A DNA stretch of 64,000 nt from Candidatus Babeliales bacterium (GCA_963701665.1 OY969622.1:576001-640000), one strand, 5' to 3'; positions 29,995 through 39,472 are shown, counted from the stretch's first letter. The notes: generated from the sequence alone by a model not told the origin. Numbers and translations are program-made.

Positions 29995-31329
29995 ATGGTT
30001 AAGATTCAATCTTATGGTATACAATCGGGTATACTTCTTTTGCTTATCTTTGCATATCAACCCCGTATCTTTTCTATGGAAGAAAAAAAGCGAAAATTTG
30101 GGCATGGCGACGAAAAAATTGAGAATGATGCTGTATTGCCGCGCGCAATTTTTAATCAAGCAAGCAAAACATTAAAATTACATTGTTTAAAAAGACTGAA
30201 AGATCAATCTTTGCGTGATCAAGTTATGCAAGAAACAAATAGTAAGGGGGACACCCTTTTGCATACATTTGCATATTTAGGTCGATTGGGAAAAGTGAAA
30301 TATCTTGCAGACAGCGGTGCAAATCTAAAAAAGAACAATAACAATGGTGAAAAGCCAATTATATCAGCTGCTCAAGGCGGGCATATCGATGTAGTGGAGT
30401 TTCTTTTTCAAGAGGGTGGTTATGATAAGATGTTTGATGAGAGAAAATTTCTTGTGCCTTTGGTCAAAATTGCTGATAAAAGAGCAGTAGTGTTTTTTAA
30501 AAAACATTTCTCTCACGTGATATGGCCGACATTGATAGTAGTTCATGCCGTTAAGGGCGGTGGGGATCTTGATTTTCTAGAATTATTTTTAGAACAACCG
30601 AGAAGCATACCAGGTATTAGATGGATGTCGGAACGCCAAAAGAAGAAAGCAATATTGACTGCTTGTAAAAATGGTCACGCTGATCATTTAAAAAAATTAA
30701 TTAGGCACAACTTTAACATTCATGTAACTAATAGGGCACATTTTTCTCCGCTTTGGTTTGCAGCATATAATGGACATATTCCATGTATAGAAGTTTTGAT
30801 GAAGGCAGGTGCATCATTAAATAATGAAATGAGTGATAGGGGCAATGTCCCTGAAATTGATTTGCCCTTACATGGTGCGTTACTCAATCAACAACATGCA
30901 ACAGTGCGATTTTTAGTTGAGCATGGAGCTGACGTTAATGCTGAAGATGAGAGTGGTCATAATCCACTTTCGTATACAGCATCAAGCGGAGATTTAGAAA
31001 TGTTCAATTTTTTGATCGGTAAAGGTGCTTCAACTAAAGAACAAGGATTTATTTTGTTAGAAGATTCTTTAAGTAATAGAAATTTTAGCTTTGCTGAGTT
31101 TTTACTTGAGAATAAAATAAGCTCCGTGAATGATGTTGATAGCGATGACCCAAGTTTGGGAGAAATTCCACAGTCTATCTTAGCCCGCGCAACAAAAGAT
31201 AATCTTCTTCATGTGGTAGAATTTTTACTTGAGCATGGGGCAGATGTACATCATCCAAGTGTTAGATTAGACAATGATACAAAACCTGAGATAATTGAGC
31301 TCATTCAAAATAAAAAAGAGTTAATATAG
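29995..31329 (+). CDS. Secreted ankyrin-repeat protein (tandem paralog 1)
   Basis: AAGGAG RBS, signal peptide, multiple ankyrin repeats. Confidence 0.9.
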   Translation: MVKIQSYGIQSGILLLLIFAYQPRIFSMEEKKRKFGHGDEKIENDAVLPRAIFNQASKTLKLHCLKRLKDQSLRDQVMQETNSKGDTLLHTFAYLGRLGKVKYLADSGANLKKNNNNGEKPIISAAQGGHIDVVEFLFQEGGYDKMFDERKFLVPLVKIADKRAVVFFKKHFSHVIWPTLIVVHAVKGGGDLDFLELFLEQPRSIPGIRWMSERQKKKAILTACKNGHADHLKKLIRHNFNIHVTNRAHFSPLWFAAYNGHIPCIEVLMKAGASLNNEMSDRGNVPEIDLPLHGALLNQQHATVRFLVEHGADVNAEDESGHNPLSYTASSGDLEMFNFLIGKGASTKEQGFILLEDSLSNRNFSFAEFLLENKISSVNDVDSDDPSLGEIPQSILARATKDNLLHVVEFLLEHGADVHHPSVRLDNDTKPEIIELIQNKKELI

Positions 31330-31352
31330 TTAGCTATTAAGGAAGAATTAGT

Positions 31353-32660
31353 ATGACTTTCAGATATGCTGCCCAAGTTCGGGCTAATAATATAAAATCA
31401 AGTGTATTTTTTTTACTTGCCTTGGCATATATGCCATTTCTCTTATCAATGCATGACATTAAAAGAAAAAAAATTGAGAATCCTGGCATTGAGAATAATG
31501 CTGTATTGCCGCGTGCAATTTTTAATCAAACAAACAAAACATTAAATTTTCGTTGTTTAAAGAAGCTAGATGATCAGTCTTTGCGTAATGAAGTCGTGCG
31601 ACAAACAGATAAGATGGGTAATTCACTTGTGCATACGTGCGCTCTTTTAGGCCGATTAAAGAAAGTGCAATATCTTGCTGGCATTGGCGCAGATCTAAAG
31701 AAGAAAAATAATAAGGGGGAAAAACCAATTATACTTGCCGCTCAAGGTGGGCATATGAATGTTGTAGAATTTCTTGCTGGACAAGGTTTTGATCAAAATT
31801 TTGATGGGTTAAAGCTTATTAGATTTCTAGTGCAAATTCCGGATGAAGGGGCTGTAAAATTCTTTAAAGCTAATTTTCATAACGATTTATTATGGCCAGG
31901 AGCGTTGTTTGATACCGTTGAAGGGGGTGGGCATATTGAGTTTCTAGAAATTCTTTGGCAGCAGGAGCATAAGCTAGGTGAAATGGAATTTGATGAAGGA
32001 TTGGTACCAATCGCAGCTGAAAATGGTCACGCACTACATTTAAAAAAACTAATTGAATACGGATCTGATTGTGAAGATGCTGATAGAAGTGGTTATCCTC
32101 CGCTTTGGTTAGCAGCATATAATGGACATATCCCTTGTATGGAGATTTTAATAGATTCTAAAGTGTCACCAAACGATGCAATAGATAGCTACGAAAATTC
32201 ACCATTGCATGCGGCAGTATCTAATGGAAAGCGCGACGCAGTAGCATTTTTGATTGAAAAAGGAGCTGATGTTAATAAAAGAAATGCCAGTGGTGAGACA
32301 CCTATTGTATACACAGCAGCAAGAGGAGATTTGCAAATGCTCGAATTATTGCTCGATAATAAGGCTTCAACTGAATCTCAAGGCCTTATAATGTTATTGG
32401 GATCTTTAGAAAAAGGCCATCGTCAATTTGCAGAATTTTTACTTGAGAAAAAAATAAGTTCCGCAAATGATGTTGGTTTTTTAGATGAAACATCACAATC
32501 GGTATTATCAGGCGCGATGCACTGCGGTTTGATCGATGCAGTACAATTTTTACTTGAACATGGTGCAGATGCGAATGATCCAAGTATTAGATTTGATGAA
32601 GATACTGACCCAAAAATAATCGAGCTTATTGAAGAGGCAAAAGCAAAAAAACTGTCATGA
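31353..32660 (+). CDS. Secreted ankyrin-repeat protein (tandem paralog 2)
   Basis: Colinear with 29995..31329 (shared AVLPRAIFNQ, PLW.AAYNGHIPC). Confidence 0.9.
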   Translation: MTFRYAAQVRANNIKSSVFFLLALAYMPFLLSMHDIKRKKIENPGIENNAVLPRAIFNQTNKTLNFRCLKKLDDQSLRNEVVRQTDKMGNSLVHTCALLGRLKKVQYLAGIGADLKKKNNKGEKPIILAAQGGHMNVVEFLAGQGFDQNFDGLKLIRFLVQIPDEGAVKFFKANFHNDLLWPGALFDTVEGGGHIEFLEILWQQEHKLGEMEFDEGLVPIAAENGHALHLKKLIEYGSDCEDADRSGYPPLWLAAYNGHIPCMEILIDSKVSPNDAIDSYENSPLHAAVSNGKRDAVAFLIEKGADVNKRNASGETPIVYTAARGDLQMLELLLDNKASTESQGLIMLLGSLEKGHRQFAEFLLEKKISSANDVGFLDETSQSVLSGAMHCGLIDAVQFLLEHGADANDPSIRFDEDTDPKIIELIEEAKAKKLS

Positions 32661-33829
32661 AAAAATTATTTGTAGTTTTGTGTATATGTATGATGTTTTT
32701 TCTGCATCTTGTTGGTATGAATCATGATAAAAAACAACGATGTAAAAAAGTTTTTGTAAAAGAAGAATTTAAGCCTACTATTCTTTTCCAGCCAAAGAGA
32801 CTTGCAGTGTTGGTTGGTGAAAAAATTTATAATAAGCATTATAGAAATAAGTCTTCTTGCTCGCTTGATCTATTACGTACGTTGCCAGATGGGGCTGCAT
32901 TATATATCGCAAATAACTCAAATGATCAAAAGGATACGTTACTGCATGTCATGGCAAGAGAAGGAAATGAGGCTGAGGTTGAGTACCTGTTAAAAATCAG
33001 TGTTGATCCAAAAGAAGACAATATACATCATGAAACACCACTTTTTTTAGCGGGAAAACATAGACATCTTGGAATTTTTAAGACTCTTTTTAGCGCAGGT
33101 GGGTATAGGTTTAAATATTTTGCTGCTCGAAATGATCCCATTAATTTTTTAGTATCTATGCCGAATAGAGAGGCTTTTCTATTTTTTAAATATGAAATCG
33201 CCGAAAAAGCGATGAAGGAACCATCCTTTCAAGAAAATGAATATCAAGATGATATCGAATTAAAATTTCCTTATACGTGGATTCGAAAAGCAGTGCGACG
33301 AAGAGGGCATTTTAATTTTCTCAAATACCTTTTTAATAAAAGGGATGAAGAGATGAATCAAGGATTTCTTTTACATAAAGCAGCTAAGCAAGGGTTAGAA
33401 GATCACTTGGCATTTTTAATAAAAAAGAATTTTTTTGTTATTAACGCAGAAAACTATATGGGGAGACCAGCAATTAATTCCGCGGTTAGGGGTGGTAGTA
33501 TTAATTGTATCGCACTTCTTTTATCACATGGTGCATTGTTGCAATCCAACAATATGGCGCATCCTCCTTTAACGGTTGCAGCGAGATCAGCCCAGCTTGG
33601 TATAGTTAAATATCTACTTGCCCATGGTGCTGATGTTAATGTTGAAGATGAATTAGGAAATGTGTCACTGTATTACGCTGTCCAAAAAAATGACGTTGAA
33701 ATGGTTAAAGAGTTATTTAGTTCACCGGTATTAGATATTACTCACTCTTCGATAGAATATGATGACGATACAGATCAAGAAATTATCAAACTCATTAAGC
33801 AGAAAAAGAAAAAAATTAAGTCAAAATAG
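32657..33829 (+). CDS. Secreted ankyrin-repeat protein (tandem paralog 3, more divergent)
   Basis: ATGA-coupled to paralog 2; ankyrin repeats; shared C-terminus SI..D.DTD.EII.LI. Confidence 0.9.
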   Translation: MKKLFVVLCICMMFFLHLVGMNHDKKQRCKKVFVKEEFKPTILFQPKRLAVLVGEKIYNKHYRNKSSCSLDLLRTLPDGAALYIANNSNDQKDTLLHVMAREGNEAEVEYLLKISVDPKEDNIHHETPLFLAGKHRHLGIFKTLFSAGGYRFKYFAARNDPINFLVSMPNREAFLFFKYEIAEKAMKEPSFQENEYQDDIELKFPYTWIRKAVRRRGHFNFLKYLFNKRDEEMNQGFLLHKAAKQGLEDHLAFLIKKNFFVINAENYMGRPAINSAVRGGSINCIALLLSHGALLQSNNMAHPPLTVAARSAQLGIVKYLLAHGADVNVEDELGNVSLYYAVQKNDVEMVKELFSSPVLDITHSSIEYDDDTDQEIIKLIKQKKKKIKSK

Positions 33830-33865
33830 TTTGCATTAATAAGGTTGTTTATCAAAAAGATTATT

Positions 33866-33926
33866 ATGAAAAATATCTTATTGTTGGCATCAAAATCAGC
33901 CTCGCGTCAAAAAATTCTTCAAGAAG
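33866..33926 (+). pseudogene. 5' fragment (61 bp) of the maf gene at 34575
   Basis: 60 of 61 nt identical to 34575-34635. Confidence 0.85.
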
Positions 33927-33974
33927 TAAGTATTGTTTTTGTTCAAATTGTTATTAAGGAAAGAATATAAAACA

Positions 33975-34502
33975 ATGACTCATATTAGCAAAAAAAATAT
34001 GGATGCCGATGAAGTTATTTCTGTATTAAAGCTATTTGAGAAACATAATATAACTGTTTTTATTGATGGTGGATGGGGCGTAGATGCTTTACTTGGGGAA
34101 CAAACACGGTTGCACAGTGACTTAGATATTGCATTAGAACATAAAGATGTTCCAAAACTTCGTCAATTGCTCAGTGAAAGAGGATATAGCGAAATATTGC
34201 GAGATGATACTCGCGAATGCAATTTCGTCTTGTGCGACAAAAGGGGCCATGAAATAGATATCCATTCTTATACTTTTGATGCCTCTGGTAATATAATTTT
34301 TGGCGTTCCATATCCATTTGATTCACTATCGGGAACAGGAAAGATAAATAATTATACTGTAAAATGCATATCGGCTGAATGGATGGTAAAATTTCATACG
34401 GGTTATGAATTAGATGAAAATGATTATCATGATGTGCTTGCCCTTTGTAATAAGTTTAACATTGAAATTCCCCAAGAGTATAATAAATTTAGATCTAAAT
34501 AG
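33975..34502 (+). CDS. Lincosamide nucleotidyltransferase-like (Lnu(A/C)/ANT(2'') family) protein
   Basis: IDGGWGVDALLGEQTR.HSDLDI, IDIH, G.I....V.CIS.E....FH.GYE....DYHDV motifs. Confidence 0.82.
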   Translation: MTHISKKNMDADEVISVLKLFEKHNITVFIDGGWGVDALLGEQTRLHSDLDIALEHKDVPKLRQLLSERGYSEILRDDTRECNFVLCDKRGHEIDIHSYTFDASGNIIFGVPYPFDSLSGTGKINNYTVKCISAEWMVKFHTGYELDENDYHDVLALCNKFNIEIPQEYNKFRSK

Positions 34503-34578
34503 CGTTAAATTTGGTGAAGATACAGACTCAAAAATAATCAAATTGATTAACGAAGAAAAAGCAAAAAAACTGTCATGA
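34501..34578 (+). pseudogene. 3' remnant of a fourth ankyrin paralog
   Basis: Translates SVKFGEDTDSKIIKLINEEKAKKLS*, versus SIRFDEDTDPKIIELIEEAKAKKLS* at the end of 31353..32660. Confidence 0.8.
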
Positions 34579-35186
34579 AAAATATCTTATTGTTGGCATC
34601 AAAATCAGCATCGCGTCAAAAAATTCTTCAAGAAGCCGACATTCCTTTCAAAGTAATTGAACAAGATGCTGATGAAGAGCAATGTGATCGGACGCTTCCT
34701 TTTGCACAACTGCTGGCGGCAATCGCCGTGCACAAAATGAATCACGCGCGTGTTTCACCGGCAAGCGAGGGCGAACACTGTTTTGTACTCACCGTCGATA
34801 CCATGGTGCTGACACACGAGGGAACTGTTTTAGGAAAACCGCGCGACAAAGAAACAGCGCGTGCCATGATACAAGCTTCCAGGCGAGGGGGCATCGTAGC
34901 GAGTGCATTTTGTTTAGATAAAAAAATCTTTAAAAATAACGCGTGGATTCTTGAAACGCGCAAACAACGATGCGTGCGCGCTTCATTTGAACTTGATATG
35001 CCTGACGCGTGGATTGAGCATTATTTGGATGTGCAAGATGATTACACAACCATTGCGGGCGGTCTTAGCATTGAAGGCTATGGCATGCAATTCTTAACAA
35101 CTGTTCATGGTTCTTATTCAACGGCACTCGGATTGCCGATCTATGAATTACGTGAAGATCTTGAATCACTCGGTTTTTTTGAATGA
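34575..35186 (+). CDS. maf: Maf-family nucleoside triphosphate pyrophosphatase (paralog 1)
   Basis: LLLASKSASRQKIL, TVDT, LGKP, GSYSTALGLP. Confidence 0.88.
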   Translation: MKNILLLASKSASRQKILQEADIPFKVIEQDADEEQCDRTLPFAQLLAAIAVHKMNHARVSPASEGEHCFVLTVDTMVLTHEGTVLGKPRDKETARAMIQASRRGGIVASAFCLDKKIFKNNAWILETRKQRCVRASFELDMPDAWIEHYLDVQDDYTTIAGGLSIEGYGMQFLTTVHGSYSTALGLPIYELREDLESLGFFE

Positions 35187-36098
35187 ATCCCATAAAAATT
35201 TCATGCGCACGACGGCATGATCCGAGAAATACTTATCGTTGGTAGGGTTTACGTGACGCAGCAATTTTTTGTAATCTTCGGGATATATAGAGAGTTTTTG
35301 TGGTGTAAGCTGGCGACTATCAAAAAAAATGAAGTCATTCAAATTAAAATTTTTTTCGCCGCTTGTTGATGTTGGTTGTACATGATAATCAGCATTACTT
35401 TTCATGCCTCTAAAATAGTGCTTCAGGGTGTGGTAACGATCTTTATCGAGAACCGATGTTCCTTTAAGCACGGTGTAATTGAAATCCCCACAGATGACCC
35501 ACGTATAACTTTTTGAGTAACATTTCATTTTTGCATGTATAATCTCAAATGCTTCAGGCATTTCTTGCGATCGTTTGAAGGGTATGTGTGCATTAATAAC
35601 ACCAAGATGTTTTTTTCCTCCTTTATAGGAAATAAGGGTAGTGAGTATTTTCTTGTTGGGCGTCAAGGTATAAAATTCATACGATTCGAGCGTAAATTTA
35701 TTTTTATTAATGAGCGTTAAAACGCCATCTTTTTGTGCACAACTATCCATGACATAGTAATAATCGGCGGGAGGAAAAGCTCTCTTTAATGCCGTCATAA
35801 AAGATCGTGGTTGTATGGTTGCCGTGTCTTCAAAATACTCTTTTTTGGTTATGGCAGCATTATCGATGATGAGCTTATCCATTTCAAATTGAGATCGTAA
35901 TATGCCTGGATGATAGGGCCATTCTTGAAAGCAGAGAATGTCAGCATCAAGAAGCGCTGCCTGATCCCGCAATGCTTTTCTAAAATAGGTACAACGTTCT
36001 TTAACGGCAATGGGGTTTGAAGTGACGTATTGAATATAATAGGCTTGGTATAAAACGTTACATGTTGCGATAGAGAAACTAATAAAATCTGATTTCAT
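35166..36098 (-). CDS. Endonuclease/exonuclease/phosphatase (EEP) family protein
   Basis: ATCNVL, DILCFQE, NAH, ICGDFN, DFIF, SDH. Confidence 0.85.
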   Translation of the reverse strand: MKSDFISFSIATCNVLYQAYYIQYVTSNPIAVKERCTYFRKALRDQAALLDADILCFQEWPYHPGILRSQFEMDKLIIDNAAITKKEYFEDTATIQPRSFMTALKRAFPPADYYYVMDSCAQKDGVLTLINKNKFTLESYEFYTLTPNKKILTTLISYKGGKKHLGVINAHIPFKRSQEMPEAFEIIHAKMKCYSKSYTWVICGDFNYTVLKGTSVLDKDRYHTLKHYFRGMKSNADYHVQPTSTSGEKNFNLNDFIFFDSRQLTPQKLSIYPEDYKKLLRHVNPTNDKYFSDHAVVRMKFLWDSFKKTE

Positions 36099-36184
36099 TA
36101 AAATCCTTATCAGCGCTTTTGGGTTAAAATTATAATTTATTGTATACTACTCTTAAAACAACCTTATTTTCTAGATTGTATATA

Positions 36185-36793
36185 ATGAATAATATTTTAT
36201 TGCTTGCATCCAAATCTAAGTCACGCCGTTTTTTGCTCTCTCAAGCAGAAATTCCTTATGTGTTACTCGATCAAGAAGCTGATGAAAAACAGTGTGACTG
36301 GGGTATGCATTTACAAAAATTGGTTGAATCGATTGCGTTGCATAAAATGGCACAAATTGCCATGCCGCATGCAACGGATGAAAAGCAGTTATTTGTGTTA
36401 ACGGCAGATACCTTAACACAAAACTCGCGCGGTGATTTATTAGGAAAACCTCAATCGCGTGATGATGCTATGGCAATGTTACGTTCATTACGCGAAGGCC
36501 CTGCGCGCGTGGGAACCGCGTTTTGTCTTGATAAGAAAGTATTTAAATACGATCAATGGCAAACGAGTGCACGCAACGTTGTATTCGTTGACGCTCGCTG
36601 CGATTTTAAGGTTCCCGAACATTGGGTCGAGCGTTATCTCAATAATTCGCACGCATTGAACTGTTCTGGCTCAATGGCAATTGATGATTATGGTGCGCAA
36701 TTCTTGCATACCATTCAAGGTTCTTATACCACCATTCTTGGCTTGCCGATGAGCCAACTCCGGAATGCATTAGAAGAGATGGGATTCTTTTAA
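36185..36793 (+). CDS. maf: Maf-family nucleoside triphosphate pyrophosphatase (paralog 2)
   Basis: LLLASKSKSRR.LL, TADT, LGKP, GSYTTILGLP. Confidence 0.88.
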   Translation: MNNILLLASKSKSRRFLLSQAEIPYVLLDQEADEKQCDWGMHLQKLVESIALHKMAQIAMPHATDEKQLFVLTADTLTQNSRGDLLGKPQSRDDAMAMLRSLREGPARVGTAFCLDKKVFKYDQWQTSARNVVFVDARCDFKVPEHWVERYLNNSHALNCSGSMAIDDYGAQFLHTIQGSYTTILGLPMSQLRNALEEMGFF

Positions 36794-36899
36794 TACTCTC
36801 TCTGGTCAGTTTGCAATACTATTGCCTTGATTATTCTACTTGAATTATACTTTTAATTGAGCTTTATAAATAAGTATTTTTAAAAAGTATAGGTGATGT

Positions 36900-37244
36900 A
36901 TGAATATCAAAAAATCTCTTAGCTTTTTGGGTGTTCTTTTAGCGATAGCTTTTTGTATCTTTGGTGAATCAATCAAAGAGCGATTGTTTGGAAAATCAGC
37001 TCCTAAACAAGAAGCAGTAATGGAATGTATGTGCTATTGCTCAGAAATTTGTGCTCCTCGTGTTCCCGATAAACCAGGCGATAACCCTTTCGTTGATCCA
37101 GAAACAGGTATTTGTTTTTGCCAAGAGCGCGATAGGGTAAATTATGAAAATAATAGTTGCTATACACAAAATAATGCAAAAATATTTAATAGCTGCTGTG
37201 ATCAGATGAAAAATCAACCAATTAACATACAACCCGTAAAATAA
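36900..37244 (+). CDS. Small Cys-rich exported/membrane-anchored protein
   Basis: N-terminal hydrophobic helix; CxCxC..C, CxC, C and CC motifs. Confidence 0.65.
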   Translation: MNIKKSLSFLGVLLAIAFCIFGESIKERLFGKSAPKQEAVMECMCYCSEICAPRVPDKPGDNPFVDPETGICFCQERDRVNYENNSCYTQNNAKIFNSCCDQMKNQPINIQPVK

Positions 37245-37278
37245 TAACCGAATGGAATGATCAAAAAAAGGAGTCCCA

Positions 37279-37509
37279 ATGGCAAGATACGGTAAGGCAT
37301 CTCAAAAATCGGTAAAACGAGCAGTGCGTAAATATAAAAAAGGTACATTAGAAAGTGGCAGAAGCGGCAAAAAAGTTAAAAGCAGAAAACAAGCTATTGC
37401 AATAGGACTTGCAGAAGCGCGCGCAAAAGGTGTGAAAGTGCCAAAAAAAGCAATAAAGGCCACAAAAAAAAGAAAAACTACAAAAAGATCTAAAAAATCT
37501 AAGAAATAA
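37279..37509 (+). CDS. Small very basic protein (DUF6496-like) with Lys-rich tail
   Basis: AAGGAG RBS; YKKGTLESGRSGKKVKSRKQAIAIGLAEAR matches DUF6496 proteins. Confidence 0.8.
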   Translation: MARYGKASQKSVKRAVRKYKKGTLESGRSGKKVKSRKQAIAIGLAEARAKGVKVPKKAIKATKKRKTTKRSKKSKK

Positions 37510-37586
37510 TGCTAAATTTTTTTAAGAGCGTTTTAAAGCCGCCCTTTTTAGAGAATCTCACAGTTTATTCTTAATAGAGCAATTCA

Positions 37587-37615
37587 TTGACCACACATAA
37601 GGCTCATGGTACCAT
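37587..37615 (+). promoter_or_regulatory. Sigma70-type promoter
   Basis: TTGACC-N17-TACCAT with extended TG, upstream of 37653. Confidence 0.45.
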
Positions 37616-37652
37616 GCAATAAAATTTATTTTTATAAAAGAGGCGTGTTGGT

Positions 37653-38042
37653 ATGAAAAATATAAAAAGTTTTGTGATAATATTTTCATTGTTCTTGGTT
37701 GAGTGTTCTTATATGAATGCTATGGATTATGAAACACAAAAAATTATGGTGCTTCTTACTCCTTGGATAGAGAGAAAAGAACTTGCATTACAATACATGG
37801 ATGAGGCAATACAATCAAACAGCGTCAAAAAAGTTGAAGAAACTATTCAAAAAATCAAAGTAATAACAATCTTTAATCCTGAAACAAAAATTATAGATCT
37901 TCAAGTTGGTCAATTATCTGATAGTATAGAATATTCATTATTTATGAGATGGCTTGATTTAGCAAATAATACTGAAGAACCGCAAAAAAAAGCTGATTCA
38001 ATAGCAAAAAATTCATCGAGCTGGTGGTGTTCTTTGCAATAA
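37653..38042 (+). CDS. Hypothetical secreted protein ending in a CaaX box (CSLQ)
   Basis: GAGG RBS; signal peptide ending MNA|MDY; C-terminus SSWWCSLQ*. Confidence 0.7.
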   Translation: MKNIKSFVIIFSLFLVECSYMNAMDYETQKIMVLLTPWIERKELALQYMDEAIQSNSVKKVEETIQKIKVITIFNPETKIIDLQVGQLSDSIEYSLFMRWLDLANNTEEPQKKADSIAKNSSSWWCSLQ

Positions 38043-38065
38043 ATTTAATTCAAGTAATTATGGTA

Positions 38066-38095
38066 GAGCTCTTTTTTCAAAGAGCTCTTTTTTTC
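38066..38095. terminator. Hairpin with T-tract between convergent genes
   Basis: AGAGCTCT-N8-AGAGCTCT (self-complementary arms) followed by a T run. Confidence 0.5.
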
Positions 38096-38096
38096 T

Positions 38097-38564
38097 TTAA
38101 TTCAAAACACTTTTTTTATCAGGTTTCCACTGTTTTAAAATTTCTTTTAAAAGCGCATCTTGCAAAGATTCTTTTGATGAATCTTCATCAAGTTTTGAAC
38201 TTGCTTTTACAAGACTTGATTCAACCATTTCATTGGTACAAATGGTGGCATCGAGATGATTAAGCGCCGGAATTAAATTTCTTTCTACAGTCTTTTTTAC
38301 CCCAAGCTCATTTGTTGTTTCATGAAGAAGTATATCAAGCAAACTTAAAAAATCAGCGATGCTATTTTGAATATGTGCATCTGAAGTTTGTAATTCGATA
38401 GTGTCATCAGTTTTTTCAATTGAATCACGAAACCCTTGGCGTACGGCACGTGCAATAATTTTCTTTAAGGCTTCAGCTTCATGATCAACAAGCCATTGGA
38501 GCAAATACAAAAGCTCATAGGAGAGTACAAATTGTCCGTTATTAGTATTAAATGAATCAGGCAT
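38097..38564 (-). CDS. Hypothetical protein, last gene of the hspR-htpX operon
   Basis: Strong AAGGAGGT RBS; 155 aa. Confidence 0.75.
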   Translation of the reverse strand: MPDSFNTNNGQFVLSYELLYLLQWLVDHEAEALKKIIARAVRQGFRDSIEKTDDTIELQTSDAHIQNSIADFLSLLDILLHETTNELGVKKTVERNLIPALNHLDATICTNEMVESSLVKASSKLDEDSSKESLQDALLKEILKQWKPDKKSVLN

Positions 38565-38575
38565 GCTTTACCTCC

Positions 38576-39454
38576 TTAATAGTGTTTGTTTAACATTTTT
38601 CGTAATCGTTCAACACGCTGTTGTACCGGTGGATGTGTGGAAAATAAATTACTCCACTGCATTGTGGTAAATGGATTGACGATAAATAATGAAGCAGTAG
38701 CAGCTTTAGCTGGTTCTTTTTGTGCATCAAAATGCTCACGTTGTACGTTGGTCTGTAATTTTTCTAGTGCTGATGCGAGCGCAAGGGGTTCGCGCGAATA
38801 ATGTGCACCCGATTCGTCAGCCATAAACTCTCGGGACCTAGAGATGGCAAATTGAATGAGTGCAGCAGCAATAGGCATAAGCACGGCAACAATAATCATA
38901 ACGATCGGATTGCTCCCTCTTTTATTTGAGCGAGAGTTGCTGAGGGTACCCCAAAATGCTGCGTGTTGCATCATATTTGCTAAATAGCCAATAGCAGTTG
39001 CCATGGTTGCAGCAATAGTGCTGATCAGAACATCTCTATTTTTAATATGCGATAATTCGTGTGATAAAACACCGCGCAATTCATCTTCATTTAAGATGCC
39101 CAAAATTCCTGTGGTGAGCGCAACAGAAGCATGGCTAGGGTTTCTACCTGTTGCAAATGCATTGGCAACGGGAGTAGGTACAAGCCATAATTTAGGCATT
39201 GGGATGTTCATGGTATGGGTGAGTTCTTGTACCATCGCATAAATATAGGAATATTTCGTAGCATCAAGCGGCTGCGCGCGATACATTGATAACACAATTT
39301 TTTCTGAAAAAAAATAGGTTATAAAATTCATAATAAGCGAGAGAACGAGTGCAATTTTCAATCCTTGAGCACCGCCGAATAAGCTGCCGAGTGCAAGGAG
39401 GATGCCGCTCATTAAAGCAAGCAACATAACTGTTTTAAAGGTATTGAGTATCAT
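38576..39454 (-). CDS. htpX: Zinc metalloprotease HtpX (peptidase M48)
   Basis: NAFATGRNP, HELSH, SRSREFMAD, LFSTHPP...R. Confidence 0.95.
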   Translation of the reverse strand: MILNTFKTVMLLALMSGILLALGSLFGGAQGLKIALVLSLIMNFITYFFSEKIVLSMYRAQPLDATKYSYIYAMVQELTHTMNIPMPKLWLVPTPVANAFATGRNPSHASVALTTGILGILNEDELRGVLSHELSHIKNRDVLISTIAATMATAIGYLANMMQHAAFWGTLSNSRSNKRGSNPIVMIIVAVLMPIAAALIQFAISRSREFMADESGAHYSREPLALASALEKLQTNVQREHFDAQKEPAKAATASLFIVNPFTTMQWSNLFSTHPPVQQRVERLRKMLNKHY

Positions 39455-39472
39455 AGGCAACCTCTTAAGTAA

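Noticed and set aside
28694..34570. tRNA-anchored integrative element or prophage
   Set aside because: No integrase, no phage genes and no duplicated tRNA 3' end seen; only a compositional shift.
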